Shown here: positions 13,066 through 23,668 of the stretch, piece after piece
Layout of the letters: each line of letters opens with the position of its first letter
Numbering within the stretch: position 1 is the first letter of the stretch
Source: Octopus bimaculoides
Taxonomy: Eukaryota
Length of the DNA stretch: 37,984 nucleotides
Assembly: GCF_001194135.2 (NCBI RefSeq)
Contig: NC_068987.1
Coordinates: forward strand, 32,222,549 to 32,260,532
Reading direction: 5' to 3'
Made by a program: the position numbers and the translations under genes
Notes under the pieces: model-generated
Seen by the model: only the letters and a program-made list of their open reading frames with translations
Databases searched by the model: none
Told to the model about the DNA's origin: nothing

Positions 13066-13711
13066 CCTTTCTCATTCAATGCTAAAACTAACATAGGCAG
13101 CAAATTCCTGGCATTATTAAATAAGCATTTCCCAGTGAACGACAAATACAGGAAGTTAATAGGCGCGCGGTAAAAATTTTGTACAGTTGTTTCCCCAATA
13201 TGAAGGACATTATCACTCATAAGTCACATCAAAAGACCACTATCAGTTATAACTGTCAAGACCCTAAAGCTTTCACGCTTGATCAGATGTGATTGATAAA
13301 TACAATTGTCTATGAAGCCGAAGATACAGCAGTGCTCATAGACAACATATCTAAGAAGAAAATTTACATCGGTTAATGTGAAGGCAATTTTAAAAGTTGC
13401 TATGAAAACCATCAGTCTTCTTTCCGGCACATTGATAAAAATGAGGCCACTAAGTTGACTAGCCATGTATGGGATCTGAAAACGAATTGCTCACCACATA
13501 CAATTAAGTGGGGAATCTTAGAGAGAAATCAACGTCATATATAAATGGATCAAAGAGATGCAAGTTATTCGTAGCTGAAAGATCGCCCATTCTTTTTAGG
13601 TTTAAGAATTCTACCACATTACTAAATTCTAGACCAGAAACTTTCAGTAAATGCAAACACAGGAACAGATTTCATTTGTTGAATTGGAGGACATCATCCG
13701 CTTCAGACTGA
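13066..13711 (+). mobile_element. Penelope-like element 3' fragment (linker plus GIY-YIG endonuclease), decayed
   Basis: PFSFNAKTNIGSKFLALLNKHFP..YSCFPNMKDII..NCQ..IVYEAE..IYIG*CEGNFK..NHQSSF..TKLTSHVWDLK..KRCKLFVAE..LLNSRPETFSKCKH, with several stops and frameshifts. Confidence 0.85.
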
Positions 13712-14065
13712 GTAGCTATCTCATAGACTTTGGCCTCTTTTCTGTAACTATACCAGCTGCGTTAATTATAGACGAGGATATTGGTTTTCTTACTTTTCTT
13801 TTCTTTCTTCTCCTTCCACTTTTTGCATCAACTTTCTTGGCGTTTTTTTTTGTTCTCGGTTTTTTCTTCTCATTTTTCTCACATGTTTTTAGATAGTCCA
13901 GCGTCCTGGGATTTAAATACAGCTAATAAATAAATTGAGTCCTAAAGATTGTTTGGAGATACATAGCATATTATATTAATCTGTCATTTTAACGCATCTT
14001 ATAAAACTATTAGTAGATCTTTTGCAATTGTATATATTAAATGATATAAATAAATAAATAAATAA

Positions 14066-14100
<35 letters not shown>

Positions 14101-14571
14101 NNNNNNNNNNNNNNNNNNNNNNNNNNNNNNNNNNNNNNNNNNNNNNNNNNNNNNNNNNNNNNNNNNNNNNNNNNNNNNNNNNNNNNNNNNNNNNNNNNNN
14201 NNNNNNNNNNNNNNNNNNNNNNNNNNNNNNNNNNNNNNNNNNNNNNNNNNNNNNNNNNNNNNNNNNNNNNNNNNNNNNNNNNNNNNNNNNNNNNNNNNNN
14301 NNNNNNNNNNNNNNNNNNNNNNNNNNNNNNNNNNNNNNNNNNNNNNNNNNNNNNNNNNNNNNNNNNNNNNNNNNNNNNNNNNNNNNNNNNNNNNNNNNNN
14401 NNNNNNNNNNNNNNNNNNNNNNNNNNNNNNNNNNNNNNNNNNNNNNNNNNNNNNNNNNNNNNNNNNNNNNNNNNNNNNNNNNNNNNNNNNNNNNNNNNNN
14501 NNNNNNNNNNNNNNNNNNNNNNNNNNNNNNNNNNNNNNNNNNNNNNNNNNNNNNNNNNNNNNATATATATA

Positions 14572-14920
14572 AAGGGTAAAAGGGTAAAGACACCTGCCTC
14601 TTCGGTCACAAATGACCATGGAATTACACCTAGAAAGTTATCCTCCGAAGCACAAGTCCGGGCAAGGTTGTTTATAGAAGACCAGCAGTCACCCATGCAT
14701 ACCATCCTTCCCTCTCTGCACCAGTGATGTTATCCAAAGGAAAGGCAAAGGCCAATAAAGCTTGGCATCAGTGACGTTGCAACTCATTTTTACAGCTGAG
14801 TGAACAGATGCAACGTGAAATATAGTGTCTTGCTCATGAACACAACACACAGTCCGGTCCGAGAATCAAACTCACTACCTCATGATTGTAAGCCCAACGC
14901 TTTAACCACTGAGCCACGCG
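14572..14920 (-). mobile_element. tRNA-derived SINE with CORE-like block and a different tail
   Basis: Minus strand CGCGTGGCTCAGTGGTTAAAGCG..GAGTTTGATTC head, TTGTGTTCATGAGCAAGACACT block, ACCCTTT repeat tail. Confidence 0.78.
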
Positions 14921-14921
14921 A

Positions 14922-14958
14922 AAAACGTAAAAATCAGACTTTGTTGGAATCTCATTGA

Positions 14959-14996
<38 letters not shown>

Positions 14997-15311
14997 AATC
15001 AATGAAATTCTAACAGTCTGATTTCCACGTTTTGTTATTTACAATTTTTACAATATTATAATAATAGAATATCATATATGTATTGTGATAGAGCTGGTAC
15101 TTTCATGCGTTACGCAATCATCAGATTTGTGTTGTAGCAGTGACAGTCGTATTCCACAATTGACGGAACACGACGGTCACTGCTGCTACTGCTACTACTA
15201 CTACTAATGCTGCTGCTAACGTGAAAATCAGACTATGTTGGAATTTCATTGATTACTATATTCTTTAGTGCACAATCATACAAAACTCGGATATATATAT
15301 ATATATATATA
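14922..15311 (-). mobile_element. Small element with three copies of a 38-40 bp terminal repeat (forward, reverse, forward) around AT tracts; probable Penelope pLTR remnant
   Basis: ACGT(G/A)(G/A)AAATCAGACT..TT(G/A)GAAT(T/C)TCATTGATTA at 14922-14962 (+), 14995-15033 (-) and 15218-15255 (+); (AT)n at 14962-14994 and 15291-15311; hammerhead-like core on the minus strand at 15101-15124. Confidence 0.5.
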
Positions 15312-15404
15312 TTTTAACATTTTTTTATTCTAAAACGCGTGATAATGTTAACAAATAGCGTGATCAGGATAAATTATCCATACATTGCAGAACAATACGT
15401 TACC

Positions 15405-15476
15405 GGCCAGCCATGAGACTCGAACTCAAATTCCTGTGATTAAGCGTCAAGTGCTTTACCATTAAGCTAAACTGCC
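15405..15476 (-). pseudogene. tRNA-Lys(CTT)-like pseudogene or orphan SINE head
   Basis: GGCAGTT-TA-GCTT-AATGGTA-AAGC-A-CTTGA-CGCTTAA-TCACA-GGAAT-TTGAG-TTCGAGT-CTCAT-GGCTGGCC: perfect D-arm, B box, GAC-CTTAATC motif like tRNA-Lys(CTT); anticodon stem partly unpaired. Confidence 0.6.
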
Positions 15477-16122
15477 AAGTAACGAATTCTTCTGCAATTT
15501 TAGTACTTATAAATTTATCTTCATAAGACACTAACGTTAAATTCAACTTAAGTTATATACATATATANNNNNNNNNNNNNNNNNNNNNNNNNNNNNNNNN
15601 NNNNNNNNNNNNNNNNNNNNNNNNNNNNNNNNNNNNNNNNNNNNNNNNNNNNNNNNNNNNNNNNNNNNNNNNNNNNNNNNNNNNNNNNNNNNNNNNNNNN
15701 NNNNNNNNNNNNNNNNNNNNNNNNNNNNNNNNNNNNNNNNNNNNNNNNNNNNNNNNNNNNNNNNNNNNNNNNNNNNNNNNNNNNNNNNNNNNNNNNNNNN
15801 NNNNNNNNNNNNNNNNNNNNNNNNNNNNNNNNNNNNNNNNNNNNNNTATATATATATATATATATATATACAAACGTACAGACATACATATATACATACG
15901 CACACACATACATACATGCATACACACATGCATATATGCATGCATGCATACATGCATACACGCATACATACATACATGTGTATGCGCATACGCACTGGCC
16001 AACTCACATGCTCACAAACAAACAAAAAGAACGCAGCTTGACTGATGGACAGATTCAACAATTATTGAAAAGGTTGCAAGACGCAACGAAAATTTTAGTA
16101 AAATAAATAAGTNNNNNNNNNN

Positions 16123-16165
<43 letters not shown>

Positions 16166-16559
16166 CTAAACCATACATACATAACCGGATTCAAGTAATC
16201 GACTGTGGCCATGTTATGAACCTTCTTCAGCACTGATGTTATCGAGCATAGAAGGTAAAAACATACATGGGCGGGCGGGATTTCAACTCAGAAAGTACAG
16301 GGACGTAACGAAACACCACAAGATATGTGCGTGTTTGTCTGTCGTGGATATGGGTGGTACTGTTTCATTGATTGGAAGGGCGTATGGTGATGTTCTAATG
16401 TTCAGGCGGCGTTTTTTAATTTTACAGGAAATTCGAGTTCAAGAAAATGGGGATGAACAAAGAGTTTTTAAGTTTTATTACTGTCCACCCACAGTTCCCC
16501 TCATCGATTATATCATACACTGCTGTGAGAGACAGTATATATTTGTATATGTTCAAACA

Positions 16560-16596
<37 letters not shown>

Positions 16597-16599
16597 ATT

Positions 16600-16636
<37 letters not shown>

Positions 16637-16879
16637 NNNNNNNNNNGTGTGTGTGTGTGTGTGTTTGTGTGTGTGTTTGTGTGTGTCTGTGTGTGTGTGC
16701 TTATATATTCACGTCTATCTTAAAATGTCAACACATCATAGTGACTTCTACAATTTGTCTGCTTTGGCAGAATCGTTAGAACACTAGACAAAACGTTTGA
16801 CAAAATCTATTTGTGTTCTTTTATGTTTTCTGTTTTAATCACGTCAGAGTACGTTGATATAAATAAGCACCAGTCAGAT

Positions 16880-17650
16880 ACTTGCATCGATACTAGCGGT
16901 TGTAATTCTTTATCAAATTCCTGGCATTATACTAACATAAACAATTCTTATTGTTTGTAATCTCGCTTGAGTAAAAGGTACCTGTTTACTTGTATGTATT
17001 ATTTTTTGAATATATCTAGGATGTAAGAAGATATTGTTCACAGAAGAATTAGTAGAAAATATTCTGATTCAACGGTGTAATCCGTCTAAATCAACCATCA
17101 ATATGGAAATGAAGAAATTTCTTCGATTGTGCTGCAGTAAGTGCAGTGGATCTATCTTGGTATTGAAACTAGGTCACCAATTCTGTTTTCATATCTTTAG
17201 TTGCAAAGCACAGTAGAGCATAAGTTTTCTTGTATTTAAATAGAAAGATACATAAATATATTGATGACAGACTTTGACCGAATCTCTAAGAGATACTGAT
17301 AATAACACACACTTGTCTGTGATATCACCAAAATATTTGTGACACAAATATTTCGCTGTCGGATATCCTCTTCACTGGAGAATGTCATCATATGATGTAA
17401 ATATCAAAGCTCATTGGATCTTTTGGAGAACCTGCTTGGTTTTGTGAAATATTTCTACAGGCAAATGACTTATAGACATTTATCCCCTTCCAGATTATTC
17501 AGTTCCCAAAGAAGCTGAAGTTTCCCCTAAAAATTGACGAATTCCTTATCCATCTTTGAATGTTGCCACTGATTACCCTGGGGTACTTATTTACAGTTGT
17601 GTATCCTTGGCTACTATATAGTTACGTGTGTTGATCAAAGACACAACACA
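16880..17650 (-). mobile_element. Possible highly decayed Penelope-type RT remnant
   Basis: Scattered minus-strand motifs in the expected order: PRVISG, MSFDI, EQYLLTS/HP..VPFTQA. Many stops; hand alignment only. Confidence 0.3.
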
Positions 17651-18362
17651 GTACTTACCCCTACCTTATCAAATCATTACCCAGTTACCCAATCCCTTCG
17701 GTTATCCTCACATTTCACCAGCAGAGTCAGAACGACTTACAAAAGTTAGAAGTAATAGGATCATTAAATTTTGAAGAATGATTCGTTTCATTCACTTGTT
17801 GAGTATGGTGAGTCCAGTCCCATTCGTATATTATATATTTAAAAATAATAGCTCCATCTCTTAGACTGTCTTGTTCAATATACAAAATGCGCATACAGTT
17901 CAAACCGGTTAAACAACCGGTGGGGTTACGTGATTTGTGACACATTTCTCAGATTCATAAGCGACCTCAAGTTGTGGATATTAATAAATCTAAACCGGGA
18001 GTTGAAAATGTGCTCAATATTTTGTGCAGTCAAAATCAGATCTCGTTTTGAATCTGATCCTATCACCCAGTCATATTTTACTCACATTGTCTCTTATCTG
18101 CTTGCTAACATTTGGAGGCCTTTGGAATCTCTTTACCAAGTATTACTCAAAAAATGTCAACATTGTTTAAACTGAACATCAACTACACTATTCTCAATAG
18201 AATGAAACATTTAAAGACACTTTAAAAATTTGTGTAACCATTCACTTCTCATATATATTAGTCTTTTACTTTTAGCAACTAAACAACTAGGTTAGTTGGC
18301 AACTGCTTATATATATTTCGCGAAAATAAATGTTAGAATTAATGTTTTAGTTTTTAAGCTAG

Positions 18363-18530
18363 CTAAGGCGGCGACCTCTTTGCGTTCTGAATTCAAATTC
18401 CATTGAGGTTGACTTGGCTTTTCAACCTTTCGAGGTCGATAAAATAAGAGTCGGTTGAGCACTGGTGTCCATATAATCAACTAGCCCCCTCCCTTAAAAT
18501 TACTGGCCTCGTGTTAACATTTGAAACCAT
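18363..18530 (+). mobile_element. SINE family B with internal deletion
   Basis: AAGGCGGCGA joined to TTCTGAATTCAAATTCC..GAGGTCGATAAAATAAG..CTAGCCCCCTCCC. Confidence 0.78.
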
Positions 18531-19080
18531 CCATTTTAAAACGGCTTTAAAAATAACAACGAAATATTTTCTGATGAAGTGGTTCAATAGCGAGGATAGT
18601 AAAATTCGTGTTGGGACTCCTAAGTTTCAGGGAATGGCGAAACTCAACCGGTCTACTTGAATAAATCGTTAGGTGAATACGCATTTCTTTAATATAAAAT
18701 ACTGTTACAGTTTGGGCTGTAGATGTGGCTACAACAATTATTCTCACAAAAAGATCATCATTTACATTGTAATCATAACTGTAGAAGAGGGGTTTATCCA
18801 ACATCGCAGACAAGGTTTCATTCTATCCTGGAGCAATTTCAGAACATTTATACAAAATGTGGAAACTAACAATAAATTCTTCTTACATTAATTACTGGGA
18901 CATAGCGCCTAGAGAAACACAAAAACCAATTATATAAGGAATAATTGAGTGTTGTATATTTTTATAGAAAAAGATATCTGGTGAGAGAAACATTAGCCGG
19001 CAACTAATAGATTTTCGTGTGGATGACACCTTTGAATGCTTTAATTTCTAAACAATTCTATTTTTCTTTTCCGTCAAATA

Positions 19081-19178
19081 TGTATGTATATGTATGTAAG
19101 CATATTTGTATGTATGTATGTATGTATGTATGTATGTATGTATGTATGTATGTATTTATGTATGTATGTATGAACGTA

Positions 19179-19217
<39 letters not shown>

Positions 19218-19327
19218 ACGTATACACATATACTTACAAACTTAAATACATAATACATGTATATATATATATGTACATACATGCATATATACATATATAT
19301 ATATATACATATATGTATATATATATA
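19081..19327. repeat. Compound (ATGT)n, (CTAT)n and (AT)n microsatellite leading into gap
   Basis: Direct reading. Confidence 0.92.
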
Positions 19328-19652
19328 NNNNNNNNNNNNNNNNNNNNNNNNNNNNNNNNNNNNNNNNNNNNNNNNNNNNNNNNNNNNNNNNNNNNNNNNN
19401 NNNNNNNNNNNNNNNNNNNNNNNNNNNNNNNNNNNNNNNNNNNNNNNNNNNNNNNNNNNNNNNNNNNNNNNNNNNNNNNNNNNNNNNNNNNNNNNNNNNN
19501 NNNNNNNNNNNNNNNNNNNNNNNNNNNNNNNNNNNNNNNNNNNNNNNNNNNNNNNNNNNNNNNNNNNNNNNNNNNNNNNNNNNNNNNNNNNNNNNNNNNN
19601 NNNNNNNNNNNNNNNNNNNNNNNNNNNNNNNNNNNNNNNNNNNNNNNNNNNN

Positions 19653-19687
<35 letters not shown>

Positions 19688-20529
19688 ATTCATACAGTCA
19701 CTGATTCATTTACTATTTTGGCAAGTCTGCTGGAAAACTACTCTTTGATGATAAAGTTAGTGTAGCAACAACTAACACAACAAGCAGTCGTAGCACTGTA
19801 ATATTGCCGAATCACTTGTTAGCTGAGTTCGACTTCATCTGTTCGCTGCATTGCTTGACGAATGACGACCTCTATTAAACTAACTGACCCAGAAATGCTA
19901 CATGAGCATAGTTTTCAATACGGATTCTGACATGCAATGACATTTAAGTTGAGTGATGATCTGCTACTTGTGCTTCGACACTAAACAAGTAATCCGTTTC
20001 ATTATCTATTTACAACCACTGTATGTCTTATCTCCGCATTTACTTTTAGTAAACGTGACTTATCAAAACGGTTTACACCTCTCATTTGAACAGTTGCTCC
20101 TTGTTTGTATTAAAACATAATTGAATACACCCAGGGCCGTCTTAACAGCATTGTAGGCTTTCGGACCAATCACTGCACTAGACTCTATAATATTTACTTA
20201 TAGACTGAGAGCCACTGCATACGTATATCAGAATTGGGCATCGAAACCTGTGGGGCCCCTAAACACGGAATTGTGTACAGCCCAGAAATATACAGTTGCA
20301 ATCAGAGATGCTTCTGAATTCTGTTTATTAGCAGAAACATTCCGAAACAAGTAACAATGTTAGTGAAGAGGAAACACCGCCACCAACAAAGATAATCTTG
20401 TTCAATAAAACAATTGCTAACGTACACAACATATTTACAATAAAAAAAAAGAAGCTAATCGTCATTATAGTTTGTATAGTTTAATCAATAGCATAGTTTG
20501 GAAAAAGCTATTAGAAAAAATAGCAAGCG

Positions 20530-20603
20530 AGGCTCCAGAGAGATTCGAACTCTCGACCTCCAGTTTACTAGACTGGCGCTCTAACCAACTGAGCTATGGA
20601 GCC
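20530..20603 (-). tRNA. tRNA-Thr-AGT: tRNA-Thr, anticodon AGT, intact
   Basis: 74-nt cloverleaf, T-stem GAGAG/CTCTC, all stems paired, T6 terminator about 10 nt downstream (A-run 20515-20520). Confidence 0.95.
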
Positions 20604-21115
20604 AACTGGCTGTTGCTTCTATAAAGATGGAATATATTACAACTGACATTGCAAACGTAGTTAAAGCTATTTTCCAGTAATCTATTGTACTGTCAGAAGT
20701 GACACTTCATTACATTCATACAGAATCTATGAGTGAGACAATTTTAGTACTCTTACACAGCTAATTATTTTCATACATTAAATACTTGGAGTCCCTGTAC
20801 CTAATTAAACATCATCCTATTCTTGAAAACGAGTAACAATATGCAGCAGACCACATTATGTAAAATATAATCCGTCGACAGGTTTAATCATTGTAATCAC
20901 GTGGACAATGTCATGTGATTATTTCACTTCATTTATTATAATTATATACAAGAAATCTCAGACTCCTTGTTGATTTTAACCAGATTATGTGGAAAACCGT
21001 TTTTTATCTATTTAATATAATCCAACACATCAGGTATTGTGAATAATTAGATTTAATCAACAAGATACTGAGATCATGTATTATATAATGCATGCACTTT
21101 GTAGCGGTTCTCTTA

Positions 21116-21471
21116 GATTTCCGTGACGTCTTGAAATCTTATTGGAGTCTTCCATAGCAAAGACTGAGCTTTGGTTTCAGGTTCAATACCATAGACCCAT
21201 GATTCGTCAGCTCTTATGACCTTTTTTTTGTCTTTCTCGACACAATCAAGGAGATCTTACGCAGCTGAAACATAATCTTCTTTTTGAAATGATTACACTC
21301 TACACACTTTACTTCCAAGCACTGCTATAAACAACGAAAGTGATCGAGAACGTTATAACTTATTGTGCATGCGTGACAGAGTTCAAAGAAAGTATGTGCT
21401 AAGCGGCTTTACTCTGTACTTTAGCTCCGTTACGATAGAAACAATCTCGATACTTTTTGATCAGACCTCGG
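21116..21471 (-). mobile_element. Truncated paralog of the 23669-24197 deleted mariner
   Basis: Collinear with 23840-24197, includes TIR TTTTGATCAGACCTCGG (21455-21471); the other end is missing. Confidence 0.8.
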
Positions 21472-21602
21472 GCACAGGCGCAGTCAATTGCAATACGACA
21501 ATATACTGAGTCATTTGTGGTGATCACCAACTTAAAAAAAAGAAAACTATATAGTTCTTATAAATATAATTTACAAAAATGTATTAGGAAAGAAATTAAC
21601 CG

Positions 21603-21676
21603 AGGCTCCAGAGAGATTCGAACCCTCGACCTCCAGTTTACTAGACTGGCGCTCTAACCAACTGAGCTATGGAGCC
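21603..21676 (-). tRNA. tRNA-Thr-AGT: tRNA-Thr, anticodon AGT, intact (G52-U62 wobble)
   Basis: Differs from the 20530 copy only by A52G (T-stem GAGGG/CTCTC). T5 terminator about 24 nt downstream (A-run 21575-21579). Confidence 0.93.
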
Positions 21677-23088
21677 ATCTGACGACAATCTTCAGAAAGA
21701 TTAAATATATTACAACTAACATTCCAAACATGCAGCTATTTTCTAGTAATATGCTATCTTCACACTGTGGTCAGAAGTGACTCTTCGTCGCATTCATACA
21801 GAGAAAGTTGCAATCTATGAGTGAAACAATTTTAATACTCCTATACCGCTAGTTATTTACCTTACACAAAATACTGAGTTAAACATACTCTTATTCCAGA
21901 AAACGAATAGTAATATACAGTAGAAACAATTATGTAAAATATAACCCTTCGTCAGGTTTAGACATTATGATCATGTGTACAATATCATGTGATTATTTTG
22001 CATAATTTATTTTAATTATGTACCAGAAATCTCAGACTCCTTGTTGATTTTAACCAGACTGTGGAAAACCGTTTCTCTCTACAGGCGGATAGTTTAATAA
22101 ATGTAATCCCCCACACCGGGTTTTCAGAGTAATAGATTTAATCCAGAAATACCTAGATCATGTATTATATGCATTTTATAGCGGTGCAGCAGTTCTTGAT
22201 TTTTCATCACGAAATATCAGTTATCATATTCGAAGCGATCCCGATGACAGTATCACACTTTTAAGAATAAGGAACGATATGCATTATACAAAAAATGACG
22301 AAATTAGGACAGCTTTCGGTGAGGACGTGGTATTTGCAGACGGTGACATCTTAGTTTCAAACACATACAACAGCAATTGCGATTGGTCAATTACTCTATT
22401 CGTTCATCGTAGTCATATGACGTCTGTGCTGATTAGCTGAATGTATGATCTCAATATACACATCCTGGAAGTTTTATAAGTTGTGAGATAAAAGAAAATA
22501 GTTTTTGATTTTTGATAGCTTAATGAGCAGTTTTTTTTATCGATGTTGAGTCATCAGTTTTAAGATATAAATAATTTTCATGAGTTATCAGGTATGAATT
22601 ATCTCTTGCTTCATTGAACTAAACAGTAGCTCAAAATTAGCTGCATAGCGACCAGATATATACAAAAACACACTATCATACAGTTCGGAGAGCAGTGTTT
22701 CTCCTAGATTTAGGAATAATCGTTGAAGCTACATAACAGTTTCAGTTGCACAATAAATCATTATTAAATATAAATATATTGTAATTAACTGAACTTACTG
22801 AAGTTGTCTCTTTTGTTTACTATTCTTAGATTAAAAAATGATGCTCCAAATGGATTTTCCTCCATTCTCTATACTACATTACTACACTCTATCATATTTG
22901 TATTTAGTAAATAGAACATTTCCCAAGAGCAATTCTTCCCACATATGCTGTTGATATTCATTATCAGCACATTCCCTCTCTCCATATATATATGTAAATA
23001 TATCTATAGTCAATAAAACATATATCAGAAAAGAAGCACACTCTAAAGAATAGAGCAGTAATTATTACAACAGATTAAAATTTTGGAC

Positions 23089-23155
23089 ATAGAATTACCA
23101 AAGGTTTCGTATCCACAATGCCAAAGCCTTTTGGACTGTTCGTCAGACTCTGTAC
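23089..23155 (-). ncRNA. Type I hammerhead ribozyme motif, degenerate (antisense copy)
   Basis: Minus strand ACAGAGT-CTGACGA-aca-GTCCA..TGGAT-ac-GAAA-CC-ttt-GG-TA-ATTCT: intact CUGACGA and GAAA core, short stem III with 3-nt loop, GUA triplet; stem II base weakened. Confidence 0.65.
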
Positions 23156-23493
23156 AAAGACAAAAATTTAAACTTTCTACGTATGGGAATGGCCGTTGCA
23201 AAATCTGCATGGCAGAGAGGGCCAAATTTCTGAAGGACTATACTAAACCTGTCGCGTTAAATAATCGTAAAGAAGTTTTCTCTAAATGTGTCCACTTCAA
23301 GTGCTACCTACTAGAAAACTGGATCTCCCCGTTTGCTGGTTAGGCATTTTTGGGTCTATAAAGGTTGTTTTATCGTCTGGTTCAGGAGAGACAACCCGTC
23401 CTCATTAACGTTTTTATCTGTTAAGACTTAAATCTCGATTTCTGAGCGTTTCCTCACGACCGTGATGTAGAAAGTTAAAATTTCTGTCTTTGT

Positions 23494-23558
23494 GTAGAGT
23501 CTGACGTGCTGTCCACAAGGCTTTGGCTTTGTGGATACGAAACCTTTAGTAAGTCTAC
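23494..23558 (+). ncRNA. Type I hammerhead ribozyme motif, degenerate (sense copy)
   Basis: GTAGAGT-CTGACGT-gc-TGTCCACAA-ggctttggct-TTGTGGATA-c-GAAA-CC-ttt-AG-TA-AGTCTAC: stem I 6 of 7 paired, 9-bp stem II, GUA triplet. Core A9 changed to U and stem III mismatch. Confidence 0.65.
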
Positions 23559-23599
23559 GTTCAAAATTAAAATTTTTGTTGCAATATATAGATACATAC

Positions 23600-23649
<50 letters not shown>

Positions 23650-23668
23650 GTATGTATATACACACACA

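Larger units (their letters stand above)
23063..23586 (+). mobile_element. 5'-truncated Penelope-like insertion with inverted terminal segment
   Basis: GIY-YIG C-terminus YGNGRCKICMAERAKFL..LNNRKEVFSKCVHFKCYLLENW (about 23180-23343), homologous to the 13066 element. It is flanked by inverted repeats of about 120 bp (23063-23180 and 23467-23586) and followed by an AT/ATAC microsatellite. Confidence 0.8.

Noticed and set aside
13700-13895. Lys/Arg-rich minus-strand frame (KNEKKKPRTKKNAKKVDAKSGRRRKKRKVRK)
   Set aside because: Low-complexity purine tract without start or splice signals.
16236-16787. 183-aa ORF with acceptor-like TTTTACAG before EIRVQENGDEQRVF
   Set aside because: Starts in SINE debris and ends in microsatellite; no donor site or recognisable domain.
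18565-18660. CTGATGA and downstream GGCGAAAC..GGTC..AATAAA suggesting a hammerhead
   Set aside because: No stem II links the two core halves and they are too far apart.
11951-19765. Long ORFs containing X runs and HT/CV/YI/MYVC repeats
   Set aside because: Artefacts of N gaps and di- or tetranucleotide microsatellites; the same applies at 24539, 32233, 32487 and 33464-33878.
20151-20285. CAGGGCCGTCTTAA hAT-like terminus with GGGGCCCC
   Set aside because: Matching right TIR and TSD not found; too weak to call.
20905-21075. Box C/D snoRNA-like motifs (GTGATTA, CTGA) in the tRNA spacer
   Set aside because: The CTGA is not conserved in the paralogous unit and there is no terminal stem.
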